Shown here: positions 38,801 to 52,400 of the stretch, piece by piece | Layout of the letters: each line of letters opens with the position of its first letter | Numbering within the stretch: the first letter of the stretch is position 1 | NCBI RefSeq assembly: GCF_009834535.1 | Contig: NC_045697.1 | Span: forward strand, 120,902,001-120,966,000 | Direction of reading: 5' to 3' | DNA length: 64,000 bases | DNA from: Camelus ferus | Taxonomy: Eukaryota | The notes under the pieces: model-generated | Databases searched by the model: none | Seen by the model: only the letters and a program-made list of their open reading frames with translations | Told to the model about the DNA's origin: nothing | Position numbers and translations under genes: made by a program

Positions 38801-41800
38801 AGTCCGCTAATTTCCTCCCCTGTCCAGCTGGAGGCCCTACATGCTACCTGCATTTCGAGGCCAACCGCCAAATTTCCCCGGCACCCCGCACTGGGAGACA
38901 CTCGGGGAAGACACGTGGAGGGCTCCTATGACATCCCAGGCGCTGCAGACAGAGGACGGATCCTCCCCACACTCAGAATTCTGGAACACGGCAGAGTGGG
39001 TGGGGGAAGTTTGGGACCGCCCTCCACGCAGCTGCCTCTTGTCACAGGTGTTCCCTGGCAGGGGAAGTCGGCTAATTACCTCTCATGTCCACGGGGATTC
39101 ACTAGATGATACCTGCATTTTCAGCCCAACCCCCGCATTTCCCTGTCTGCCCGCACTAGGAGACACTCGGGGAAGGCACGCGGAGGGCTCCTATGAGATC
39201 TCAGGTGCTGCAGATAGAGGGCGGAACCTCCCCACACTCAGAATTCCAGAACAAGGCTGAGTGGGTGTGGGAGGTTTGGTGCCGCACTACACGCAGCTGC
39301 CTCTTGTCACAGGTGTTCCCTGGAAGGGGGATGTCCGCTAATTACCTCCCCTGACCACGGGGTGGAACTACATGCAACCTGTTTTTCCAGCCCAACCCCA
39401 CTCTTTCCCTGGAATCCCGCAATACAATACACTCGGGGAAGACACGCGGAGGGCTCCTAGGGGATCCCAGGCGCTGCAGGAACAAGACCGAACCTCTCCA
39501 CTCTCAGAATTCTGGAACGTGGCGGAGATTGTGGGGGAGGTTTGGGGACTCCATCCAAGAAGCTACCTGGGGTCACAGGTGTTCCCTGGCAGGGTGAATT
39601 CCGCTAATTATATCCCCTGTCCAGGGGGAGTCACTAGATGCTACCTGCATTTCCAGCCCAACCCCTGACTTTCCCCATTACCCCGCACTAGGACACACTC
39701 GGGGAAGACACGCGGAGTTCTACTACGAGATCCCAGGCACTGCAGACAGAGGACGGAACCTCCCAACACTCAGAAATGCGGAATAAGGCCGAGTGTGTGG
39801 GGGAGGTTTGGGACCGCCCTGCACGCAGCTGCCCCTTCTCACAGGTGTTCCCTGGCAGGGGAAGTCCGCTAATTACCTCTCATGTCCACGGGGAGTCACT
39901 AGATGATACCTGCATTTTCAGCCCAACCCCCGCATTTCCCTCTCTGCCCGCACTATGAGACACTCGGGGAAGGCACGCGGAGGGCTCCTATGAGATCTCA
40001 GGCACTGCAGATAGAAGACAGAACCTCCCCACACTCAGAATTCCACAACAAGGCCGAGTGGGTGTGGGAGCTTTGGGGCCGCCCTCCACGCAGCTGCCTC
40101 TTCTCACAGGTGTTCCCTGGTAGGGTGAATTACGCTAATTACCTTCCCCGTCCATGGGGAGGCACTACATGCCACCTGGTTTTCCATCCCAACCCCCGCC
40201 TTTCCCCGGCTCCCCGCACTAGGATACACTCGGGGAAGGCACGCGGAGGGCTCCTAGGAGATCCCAGGCGCTGCAGGAACAAGACCGAACCTCCCCACAC
40301 TCAGAATTCCGGAACATGGCCGAGTGGTTAGGGGAGGTTTGGGGCCGACCTCCACGCAGCTGCCTGTTGTCACAGGTGTTCAATGGCAGGGAGAATTCCG
40401 CTTTTACCTCTCCTGTCCTGGGGGAGTCCCTAGATGCTACCTGCAATTCCAGCACAACACCAGGCTTTCCCTGCAGCTCGCACTAGGAGACACTCGGGGA
40501 ATACACGTGGAGGGCTCCTAGGTGATCCCAGGCCCTGCAGACAGAGGTCGGAACATCCCCACATTCAGAATTCTGGAATGCGGCCGTTTGGTCGGGGAGG
40601 TCTGGTGCCGCCCTCAATGCAGTTGCCTGGTGTCACATGTTTTCCCTGGCATGGGGAAGTCCGCTAATTAACTCCCCTGTCTAGGGGTAGGCACTAGATG
40701 CTACCTGCATTTGGAGCCCAATCCCCGCATTTCCCCGGCAGCCCGCACTAGGAGACACTCGGGGAAGACACGCGTAGGGCTCCTAGGAGATCCCAGGCGC
40801 TGCAGACAGAGGTCGGAACATCCCCACAATCAGAATTCTGGAACCCGGCATTTGGGTCGGGGAAATTTGGGGCCACACTCCACGAACCTGCCTACTGTCA
40901 CAGGTGTTCTCTGGCAGGGGTAAGTCCGCTAATTACCTCCCCTGTCAAGGTGGAGGCACTAGATGTTACCTGCTTTTCCAGGCCAATCCCAACTTTTCCC
41001 CGGCAGCCCACAGTAGAGGAAATCGGGTAAGAATTGCGGAGTGCTCCTAGGAGATCCCAGGTGCTGCAGACAGAGGACGGAACCTCCCCACACTCAGAAT
41101 TACGGAACACGGCCGAGTGGGTGGGGGAGGTTTGGGGCCGCCCTCCACGCAGCTGCCTGTTGGCACAGGTGTTCCCTGGCAGGGGGAACTCCGCTAATTA
41201 CCTCACATGTCCAGGGGGATGCCATAGATGCTATCTGCATTTCCAGCCCAACCCCCGTCTTTCCCCGGCAGCCCGCACAAGGAGACACTCGGGGAAGACA
41301 CGCGTAGGGCTCCTAGGAGATCCCAGGCGCTGCAGACAGAGGTCGGAACATCCCCACAATCAGAATTCTGGAACCCGGCATTTGGTTCGGGGAAATTTGG
41401 GGCCACACTCTACGAACCTGCCTACTGTCACAGGTGTTCTCTGGCAGGGTTAAGTCCGCTAATTACCTCCCCTGTCAAGGTGGAGGCACTAGATGTTACC
41501 TGCTTTTCCAGGCCAATCCCAACTTTTCCCCGGCAGCCCACAGTAGAGGAAATCGGGTAAGACATGCGGAGTGCTCCTAAGAGATCCCAGGTGCTGCAGA
41601 CAGAGGACGGAACTTCCCCACACTCAGAATTACGGAACACGGCCGAGTGGGTGGGGGAGGTTTGGGGCCGCCCTCCACGAAGCTACCTGGTATCACATGT
41701 GTTCCCTGGCAGGGGGAAGTCCGCAAATTACATCCCCTATCCAGGGGGAGGCACTAGATGCTACCTGCAATTCCAGGACAACACCAGGCTTTCCCTGCAG

Positions 41801-44800
41801 CTCGCACTAGGAGACACTCGGGGAATACACGCGGAGGGCTCCTAGGTGATCCCAGGCCCTGCAGACAGAGGTCGGAACATCCCCACAGTCAGAATTCTGG
41901 AATGTGGCCGTTTGGTCGGGGAGGTCTGGTGCCGCCCTCAATGCAGCTGCCTGGTGTCACATGTTTTCCCTGGCATGGGGAAGTCCGCTAATTAACTCCC
42001 CTGTCTAGGGGTAGGCACTAGATGCTACCTGCATTTGGAGCCCAATCCCCGCATTTCCCCGGCAGCCCGCACTAGTAGACACTCGGTGAAGACACGCGTA
42101 ACGCTCCTAGGAAATCCCAGGCGCTGCAGACAGAGGTCGGAACATCCCCACAATCAGAATTCTGGAACCCGGCCGTTGGATAGGGGAGATTTGGGGCCGC
42201 ACCCACGAACCTGCCTATTGTCACAGGTGTTCTCTGGCAGGGTAAGTCCACTAATTACCTCCCCTGTCAAGGTGGAGGCACTAGATGTTACCTGCTTTTC
42301 CAGGCCAATCCCAAGTTTTCCCCGGCAGCCCACAGTAGAGGAAATCGGGTAAGACATGCGGAGTGCTCCTAGGAGATCCCAGGTGCTGCAGACAGAGGAC
42401 GGAACCTCCCCACACTCAGAATTACGGAACACGGCCTAGTGGGTGGGGAAGGTTTGGGGCCGCCCTCCACGCAGCTGCCTGTTGTCACAGGTGTTCCCTG
42501 GCAGGGGGAACTCCACTAATTACCTCACATGTCCAGGGGGATGCCATAGATGCTACCTGCCTTTCCAGCCCAACCCCCGTCTTTCCCCGGCAGCCCGCAC
42601 AAGGAGACACTCGGGGAAGACAAGTGGAGGGCTCCTAGGAGATCCCAGGTGCTGCAGACAGAGGACGGAACCTCCCCACACTCAGAATTACGGAACACGT
42701 CCTAGTGGGTGGGGGAGGTTTGGGGCCGCCCTCCACGCAGCTGCCTACTGTCACAGGTGTTCTCTGGCAGGGGTAAGTACGCTAATACCTCCCCTGTCCA
42801 GGGGGATGCCCTAGATGCTACTTGCATTTCTACACCAACACCCGCCTTTCCCCGGCAGCTCACACAAAGAGACACTCGGGGAAGACAGGCGGAGAGCTCC
42901 TAGGAGATCCCAGGCGCTGAAGACAGGTCGGAACATCCCCACAGTCAGAATTCTGGAATGCGGTCTTTGGGTCCGGGAGGTCTGGGGCAGCCATCAATGC
43001 AGCTGCCTGGTGTCACATGTTTTCCCTGGCATGAGGAATTCCGCTAATATCTCTCCTGTCACGGGAGAGGCACTAGATGCTACCTGCATTTCCAGCCCAA
43101 TCCCCGCATTTCCCCTGCAGAGCGCACAAGGAGAAACTCGGGGAATAGACACGGAGGGCTCCTAGGAGATCCCAGTCTCTGCAGACAGAGGACGGAACCT
43201 CCACACACTCAGAATTACGGAACACGACTTGTGGGTGGGGGGAGTTTTGGGGCTGCCCTCCACGCAGCTGCCTACTTTCACAGGTGTTCTATGGCAGGTG
43301 TAAGCCCGCTAATTTCCTCCCCTGTCCAGGGGGAGGCCCTACAGGCTACCTGCATTTCGAGGCCAACAGCCAAATTTCCCCGGCACCCCGCACTAGGAGA
43401 CACTCGGGGAAGACACGTGGAGGGCTCCTATGACATCCTAGGCGCTGCAGACAGAGGACGGAACCTCCCCACACTCAGAATTCTGGAACACGGCAGAGTG
43501 GGTGGGGGAGGTTTGGGACCGCCCTCCACGCAGCTGCCTCTTGTCACAGGTGTTCCCTGGCAGGGGAAGTCGGGTAATTACCTCCAGTGTCAAGGTGGAG
43601 GCACTAGATGCTACCTGCATTTCGAGCCCAATCCCCGCATTTCCCCGGCAGCCCGCACTAGGAGACACTCGGGGAAGACACGCGTAGGGCTCCTAGGAGA
43701 TCCCAGGCGCTGCAGACAGAGGTCGGTACATCCCCACAATCAGAATTCTGGAACCCGGCATTTGGGTCGGGAAAATTTGGGGCCGCCCTCCACGCACCTG
43801 CCTGGTGTCACTGGTGTTCCCTGGCAGGGGGAAGTCCGCTAATTACCTCATCTGTCCAGGGGGAGGCACTAGATGCTACCTGTATTTCCAGCACAACCCC
43901 CGCATTTCCCTGGGAGTTCGCACTAGGAGACACTCGGGGAAGACACGCGGAAGGCTCCTAGGTGATCCCAGGCTCTGCATACCGAGGATGGAACCTCCCC
44001 ACACTCAGAATTACGGAACACGTCCGAGTGGGTGGGGGAGTTTTGGGGCCGCCCTCCACGCAGCTGCCTGTTGGCACAGGTGTTCCTTGGCAGGGGGAAC
44101 TCCGCTAATTACCTCACATGTCCAGGGGGATGCCATAGATGCTACCTGCATTTCCAGCCCAACCCCCGTCTTTCCCCGGCAGCCCGCACAAGGAGACACT
44201 CGGGGAAGACACGAGGAGGGCTCCTAGGAGATCCCAGGCGCTGAAGACAGAGGTCGGAAAATCCCCACATTCAGAATTCTGGAATACGGCCGTTGGGTCG
44301 GGGAGGTCTGGGGCAGCCATCAATGCAGCTGCCTGGTGTCACATGTTTTCCCTGGCATGAGGAATTCCGCTAATACCTCTCCTGTCTAGGGAGAGGCACT
44401 AGATGCTACATGCATTTCCAGCACAACCCCCGCATTTCCCTTGCAGCCCGCACTAAGAAACATTCGGGAAGACACGCGGAGGGCTCCTAGGAGATCCCAG
44501 GTGCTGCAGACAGAGGACGGAACCTCTCCACACTCAAAATTCCGGAACGAGGCCGAGTGGGTGGGGGAGGTTTAGGGCCGCCCTCCACGCAGTTGCCGGG
44601 TGTTACATGTGTTTCCTTGCAGGGGGAAGTCCGCTAATTTCCTCCCCTGTCCAGCTGGAGGCCCTACATGCTACCTGCATTTCGAGGCCAACCGCCAAAT
44701 TTCCCCGGCACCCCGCACTAGGAGACACTCGGGGAAGACACGTGGAGGGCTCCTATGACATCCCAGGCGCTGCAGACAGAGGACGGATCCTCCCCACACT

Positions 44801-46400
44801 CAGAATTCTGGAACACGGCAGAGTGGGTGGGGGAAGTTTGGGACCGCCCTCCACGCAGCTGCCTCTTGTCACAGGTGTTCCCTGGCAGGGGAAGTCGGCT
44901 AATTACCTCTCATGTCCACGGGGATTCACTAGATGATACCTGCATTTTCAGCCCAACCCCCGCATTTCCCTGTCTGCCCGCACTAGGAGACACTCGGGCA
45001 AGGCACGTGGAGGGCTCCTATGAGATCTCAGGTGCTGCAGATAGAGGGCGGAACCTCCCCACACTCAGAATTCCAGAACAAGGCCGAGTGGGTGTGGGAG
45101 GTTTGGTGCCGCACTACACGCAGCTGCCTCTTGTCACAGGTGTTCCCTGGAAGGGGGATGTCCGCTAATTACCTCCCCTGACCACGGGGTGGAACTACAT
45201 GCAACCTGTTTTTCCAGCCCAACCCCACTCTTTCCCTGGAATCCCGCAATACAATACACTCGGGGAAGACACGCGGAGGGCTCCTAGGGGATCCCAGGCG
45301 CTGCAGGAACAAGACCGAACCTCTCCACTCTCAGAATTCTGGAACGTGGCGGAGATTGTGGGGGAGGTTTGGGGACTCCATCCAAGAAGCTACCTGGGGT
45401 CACAGGTGTTCCCTGGCAGGGTGAATTCCGCTAATTATATCCCCTGTCCAGGGGGAGTCACTAGATGCAACCTGCATTTCCAGCCCAACCCCTGACTTTC
45501 CCCATTACCCCGCACTAGGTCACACTCGGGGAAGACACGCGGAGTTCTACTACGAGATCCCAGGCACTGCAGACAGAGGACGGAACCTCCCAACACTCAG
45601 AAATGCGGAATAAGGCCTAGTGTGTGGGGGAGGTTTGGGACCGCCCTGCACGCAGCTGCCCCTTCTCACAGGTGTTCCCTGGCAGGGGAAGTCCGCTAAT
45701 TACCTCTCATGTCCACGGGGAGTCACTAGATGATACCTGCATTTTCAGCACAACCCCCGCATTTCCCTCTCTGCCCGCACTATGAGAAACTCGGGGAAGG
45801 CACGCGGAGGGCTCCTATGAGATCTCAGGCACTGCAGATAGAAGACAGAACCTCCCCACACTCAGAATTCCACAACAAGGCCGAGTGGGTGTGGGAGCTT
45901 TGGGGCCGCCCTCCACGCAGCTGCCTCTTCTCACAGGTGTTCCCTGGTAGGGTGAATTACGCTAATTACCTTCCCCGTCCATGGGGAGGCACTACATGCC
46001 ACCTGGTTTTCCATCCCAACCCCCGCCTTTCCCCGGCTCCCCGCACTAGGATACACTCGGGGAAGGCACGCGGAGGGCTCCTAGGAGATCCCAGGCGCTG
46101 CAGGAACAAGACCGAACCTCCCCACACTCAGAATTCCGGAACATGGCCGAGTGGTTAGGGGAGGTTTGGGGCCGACCTCCACGCAGCTGCCTGTTGTCAC
46201 AGGTGTTCAATGGCAGGGAGAATTCCGCTTTTACCTCTCCTGTCCTGGGGGAGTCCCTAGATGCTACCTGCAATTCCAGCACAACACCAGGCTTTCCCTG
46301 CAGCTCGCACTAGGAGACACTCGGGGAATACACGTGGAGGGCTCCTAGGTGATCCCAGGCCCTGCAGACAGAGGTCGGAACATCCCCACATTCAGAATTC
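35835..46400 (+). repeat. 22-monomer tandem duplication/HOR, ~5826 bp unit, ~1.8 copies
   Basis: Matching ORFs: 35932/41758, 36209/42035, 36990/42815, 37406/43231, 38313/44139, 39372/45199, 39903/45730, 40324/46151. Offsets are 5825-5827 bp = 22 monomers. Confidence 0.92.
40760..41675 (+). repeat. Local 2-monomer (530 bp) tandem duplication
   Basis: The rare variant acccggcatttgg(g/t)tcggggaaatttggggccacactc occurs at ~40843 and ~41373. ORFs 40898/41428 and 41034/41564 are offset by 530 bp. Confidence 0.85.
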
Positions 46401-49400
46401 CGGAACACGGCCGAGTTGATTGGGGAGATTTGGGGCCGCCCACCACGAAGCTGCCTGGTATCACATGTGTTCCGTGGCAGGTGGAAGTCCGCTAAATACA
46501 TCCCCTGTCCAGAGGTAGGCACTAGATGCTACCTGCATTTGGAGCCCAATCCCCGCATTTCCCTGGCAGCCCGCACTAGTAGACACTCGGGGAAGACACG
46601 CGTAAGGCTCCTAGGAAATCCCAGGCGCTGCAGACAGAGGTCGGAACATCCCCACAATCAGAATACTGGAACCCGGCCATTGAATAGGGGAGATTTGGGG
46701 CCGCCCCCACGAACCTGCCTACTGTCACAGGTGTTCTCTGGCAGGGGTAATTCCGCTAAATACCTCCCCTGTCAAGGTGGAGGCACTAGATGGTACCTGC
46801 TTTTCCAGCCCAATCCCAACCTTTCCCCGGCAGCCCACAGTAGAGGAAATCGGGTAAGATATGCGGAGTGTTCCTAGGAGATTTCAGGTGCTGCAGACAG
46901 AGGACGGAACCTCCCCACACTCAGAATTACGGAACACGGCCGAGTGTGTTGGGGAGGTTTGGGGCCGCCCTCCACGCAGCTGCCTACTGTCACAGGTGTT
47001 CTCTGGCAGGCGTAAGTCCGCTAATTACCTCCCCTGTGCAGGGGGATGCCCTAGATGCTACCTGCATTTCCAGCCCAACCCCCGCCTTTCCCCGGCAGCT
47101 CGCAGGAGACACTCGGGGAAGACAGGCGGAGAGCTCCTAGGAGTTCCCAGGCGTTGAAGACAGAGGTCGGAACATCCCCACTGTCAGAATTCTGGAATGC
47201 GGCCGTTGGGTCCGGGAGGTCTGGGGCAGCCAACAATGCAGCTGCCTGGTGTCACATGTTTTCCCTGGCATGAGGAATTCCGCTAATATCTCTCCTGTCA
47301 CGGGAGAGGCACTAGATGCTACCTGCATTTCCAGCCCAATCCCCACATTTCCCCTGCAGAGCGCACAAGGAGAAACTCGGGGAATAGACACGGAGGGCTC
47401 CTAGGAGATCCCAGTCTATGCAGACATAGGACGGAACCTCCCCACACTTAGAATTACGGAACACGACTTGTGGGTGGGGGGAGATTTGGGGCTGCCCTCC
47501 ACGCAGCTGCCTACTTTCACAGGTGTTCTCTGGTAGGGGTAAGTCCGCTAATTACCTCCCCTTTCCAGGGGGATGCCCTAGATGCTACTTGCATTTCCAG
47601 CCCAACCCCCGTCTTTCCCCGGCAGCCCGCACAAGGAGACACTCGGGGAAGACACGTGGAGGACTACTAGGAGATCCCAGGCGCTGAAGACAGAGGTCGG
47701 AACATCCCCACAGTCAGAATTCTGGAATACGGCCGTTGGGTCGGGGAGGTCTGGGGCAGCCATCAATGCAGCTGCCTGGTGTCACATGTTTTCCCTGGCA
47801 TGAGGAATTCCGCTAATACCTCTCCTGTCTAGGGAGAGGCACTAGATGCTACCTGCATTTCCAGCACAACCCCCGCATTTCCCTTGCAGCCCGCACTAGG
47901 AGACATTCGGGAAGACACGCGGAGCGCTCTTAGGTGATCCCAGGCGCTGCAGACAGAGTACGGAACCTCCTCACACTCAGAATACCGGAACGCGGCCGAG
48001 TGGGTGGGGGTGGATTGGGGCCGCCCTCCACGCAGCTGCCTGGTGTCACAGGTGTTCCCTGGAATTGGGATGTCCGCTAATTACCTCCCCTGACCACGGG
48101 GTGGAACTACATGCAACCTGTTTTGCCAGCCCAACCCCACTCTTTCCCTGAAATCCCGCAATACAATACACTCGGGGAAGACACGCGGAGGGCTCCTAGG
48201 AGATTCCACGCGCTGCAGAGAAAAGACCGAACCTCCCCAAACTCAGAATTCAGGACCGCGGCGGAGATAGTGGGGGAGGTTTGGGGACCCCATCCACGAA
48301 GCTACCTGGGGTCACAGGTGTTCCCTGGCAGGGGGAATTCCGCTAATTAGATCCCCTGTCCAGGGGGAGGCACTAGATGCTACCTGCATTTCCAGCCCAA
48401 CCCCCGACTTTCCCCAGCACCCCGCACTAGGACACACTCGGGGAAGACACGCGGAGTTCTACTGCGAGATCCCAGGCGCTGCAGACAGCGGACGGAACCT
48501 CCCAACACTCAGAAATGCTGAATAAGGCCGAGTGTGTGAGGGAGGTTTGGGATCACACTCCACGCAGCTGCCTGGTGACACAGGTGTTCCCTGGCAGTGG
48601 GAAGTTAACTAATTTCGTCCCCTGTCCAGGGGGAGGCACTAAATGATACCTGCTTTTCCAGCACAACTCCCGCCTTTCCCGGCATCCCGCACTAGGAGAC
48701 ACTCGGGGAAGACACGCGGAGTGCTCCTAGGAGATCCCAGGCTCTGCAGACAGAGTACGAACCTCCCCACACTCAGAATTCCGGAACACGGCCGAGTTGA
48801 TTGGGGAGATTTGGGGCCGCCCTCCACGAAGCTGCCTGGTATCACATGTGTTCCGTGGCAGGTGGAAGTCCGCTAAATACATCCCCTGTCCAGGGGTAGG
48901 CACTAGATGCTACCTGCATTTGGAGCCCAATCCCCGCATTTCCCCGGCAGCCCGCACTAGGAGACACTCGGGGAAGACACGCGTAAGGCTCCTAGGAAAT
49001 CCCAGGCGCTGCAGACAGAGGTCGGAACATCCCCACAATCAGAATTCTGGAACCCGGCCATTGGATAGGGGAGATTTGGGGCCGCCCCCACGAACCTGCC
49101 TACTGTCACAGGTGTTCTCTGGCAGGGGTAATTCCGCTAATTACCTCCCCTGTCAAGGTGGAGGCACTAGATGGTACCTGCTTTTCCAGCCCAATCCCAA
49201 CCTTTCCCCGGCAGCCCACAGTAGAGGAAATCGGGTAAGATATGCGGAGTGTTCCTAGGAGATTCCAGGTGCTGCAGACAGAGGACGGAACCTCCCCACA
49301 CTCAGAATTACGGAACACGGCCGAGTGTGTTGGGGAGGTTTGGGGCCGCCCTCCACGCAGCTGCCTACTGTCACAGGTGTTCTCTGGCAGGCGTAAGTCC

Positions 49401-52400
49401 GCTAATTACCTCCCCTGTGCAGGGGGATGCCCTAGATGCTACCTGCATTTCCAGCCCAACCCCCGCCTTTCCCCGGCAGCTCGCAGGAGACACTCGGGGA
49501 AGACAGGCGGAGAGCTCCTAGGAGTTCCCAGGCGTTTAAGACAGAGGTCGGAACATCCCCACTGTCAGAATTCTGGAATGCGGCCGTTGGGTCCGGGAGG
49601 TCTGGGGCAGCCAACAATGCAGCTGCCTGGTGTCACATGTTTTCCCTGGCATGAGGAATTCCGCTAATATCTCTCCTGTCACGGGAGAGGCACTAGATGC
49701 TACCTGCATTTCCAGCCCAATCCCCGCATTTCCCCTGCAGAGCGCACAAGGAGAAACTCGGGGAATAGACACGGAGGGCTCCTAGGAGATCCCAGTCTCT
49801 GCAGACATAGGACGGAACCTCCCCACACTTAGAATTACGGAACACGACTTGTGGGTGGGGGGAGATTTGGGGCTGCCCTCCACGCAGCTGCCTACTTTCA
49901 CAGGTGTTCTCTGGTAGGGGTAAGTCCGCTAATTACCTCCCCTTTCCAGGGGGATGCCCTAGATGCTACTTGCATTTCCAGCCCAACCCCCGTCTTTCCC
50001 CGGCAGCCCGCACAAGGAGACACTCGGGGAAGACACGTGGAGGACTCCTAGGAGATCCCAGGCGCTGAAGACAGAGGTCGGAACATCCCCACAGTCAGAA
50101 TTCTGGAATACGGCCGTTGGGTCGGGGAGGTCTGGGGCAGCCATCAATGCAGCTGCCTGGTGTCACATGTTTTCCCTGGCATGAGGAATTCCGCTAATAC
50201 CTCTCCTGTCTAGGTAGAGGCACTAGATGCTACCTGCATTTCCAGCACAACCCCCGCATTTCCCTTGCAGCCCGCACTAGGAGACATTCGGGAAGACACG
50301 CGGAGCGCTCCTAGGTGATCCCAGGTGCTGCAGACAGAGTACGGAACCTCCTCACACTCAGAATACCGGAACGCGGCCGAGTGGGTGGGGGTGGATTGGG
50401 GCCGCCCTCCACGCAGCTGCCTGGTGTCACAGGTGTTCCCTGGAATTGGGATGTCCGCTAATTACCTCCCCTGACCACGGGGTGGAACTACATGCAACCT
50501 GTTTTGCCAGCCCAACCCCACCCTTTCCCTGAAATCCCGCAATACAATACACTCGGGGAAGACACGCGGAGGGCTCCTAGGAGATTCCACGCGCTGCAGA
50601 GAAAAGACCGAACCTCCCCAAACTCAGAATTCAGGACCGCGGCGGAGATAGTGGGGGAGGTTTGGGGACCCCATCCACGAAGCTACCTGGGGTCACAGGT
50701 GTTCCCTGGCAGGGGGAATTCCGCTAATTAGATCCCCTGTCCAGGGGGAGGCACTAGATGCTACCTGCATTTCCAGCCCAACCCCCGACTTTCCCCAGCA
50801 CCCCGCACTAGGACACACTCGGGGAAGACACGCGGAGTTCTACTGCGAGATCCCAGGCGCTGCAGACAGCGGACGGAACCTCCCAACACTCAGAAATGCT
50901 GAATAAGGCCGAGTGTGTGAGGGAGGTTTGGGATCAAACTCCACGCAGCTGCCTGGTGACACAGGTGTTCCCTGTCAGTGGGAAGTTAACTAATTTCGTC
51001 CCCAGTCCAGGGGGAGGCACTAAATGATACCTGCTTTTCCAGCACAACCCCCGCCTTTCCCGGGATCCCGCACTAGGAGACACTCGGGGAAGACACGAGG
51101 ATTGCTCCTAGGAGATCCCAGGCTCTGCAGACAGAGTACGGACCTCCCCACACTCAGAATTCCGGAACACGGCCGAGTTGATTGGGGAGATTTGGGGCCG
51201 CCCTCCACGAAGCTGCCTGGTATCACATGTGTTCCGTGGCAGGTGGAAGTCCGCTAAATACATCCCCTGTCCAGGGGTAGGCACTAGATGCTACCTGCAT
51301 TTGGAGCCCAATCCCCGCATTTCCCCGGCAGCCCGCACTAGGAGACACTCGGGGAAGACACGCGTAAGGCTCCTAGGAAATCCCAGGCGCTGCAGACAGA
51401 GGTCGGAACATCCCCACAATCAGAATTCTGGAACCCGGCCATTGGATAGGGGAGATTTGGGGCCGCCCCCACGAACCTGCCTACTGTCACAGGTGTTCTC
51501 TGGCAGGGGTAATTCCGCTAATTACCTCCCCTGTCAAGGTGGAGGCACTAGATGGTACCTGCTTTTCCAGCCCAATCCCAAACTTTCCCCGGCAGCCCAC
51601 AGTAGAGGAAATCGGGTAAGATATGCGGAGTGTTCCTAGGAGATTCCAGGTGCTGCAGACAGAGGACGGAACCTCCCCACACTCAGAATTACGGAACACG
51701 GCCGAGTGTGTTGGGGAGGTTTGGGGCCGCCCTCCACGCAGCTGCCTACTGTCACAGGTGTTCTCTGGCAGGCGTAAGTCCGCTAATTACCTCCCCTGTG
51801 CAGGGGGATGCCCTAGATGCTACCTGCATTTCCAGCCCAACCCCCGCCTTTCCCCGGCAGCTCGCAGGAGACACTCGGGGAAGACAGGCGGAGAGCTCCT
51901 AGGAGTTCCCAGGCGTTGAAGACAGAGGTCGGAACATCCCCACTGTCAGAATTCTGGAATGCGGCCGTTGGGTCCGGGAGGTCTGGGGCAGCCAACAATG
52001 CAGCTGCCTGGTGTCACATGTTTTCCCTGGCATGAGGAATTCCGCTAATATCTCTCCTGTCACGGGAGAGGCACTAGATGCTACCTGCATTTCCAGCCCA
52101 ATCCCCGCATTTCCCCTGCAGAGCGCACAAGGAGAAACTCGGGGAATAGACACGGAGGGCTCCTAGGAGATCCCAGTCTCTGCAGACATAGGACGGAACC
52201 TCCCCACACTCAGAATTACGGAACACGACTTGTGGGTGGGGGGAGATTTGGGGCTGCCCTCCACGCAGCTGCCTACTTTCACAGGTGTTCTCTGGTAGGG
52301 GTAAGTCCGCTAATTACCTCCCCTTTCCAGGGGGATGCCCTAGATGCTACTTGCATTTCCAGCCCAACCCCCGTCTTTCCCCGGCAGCCCGCACAAGGAG

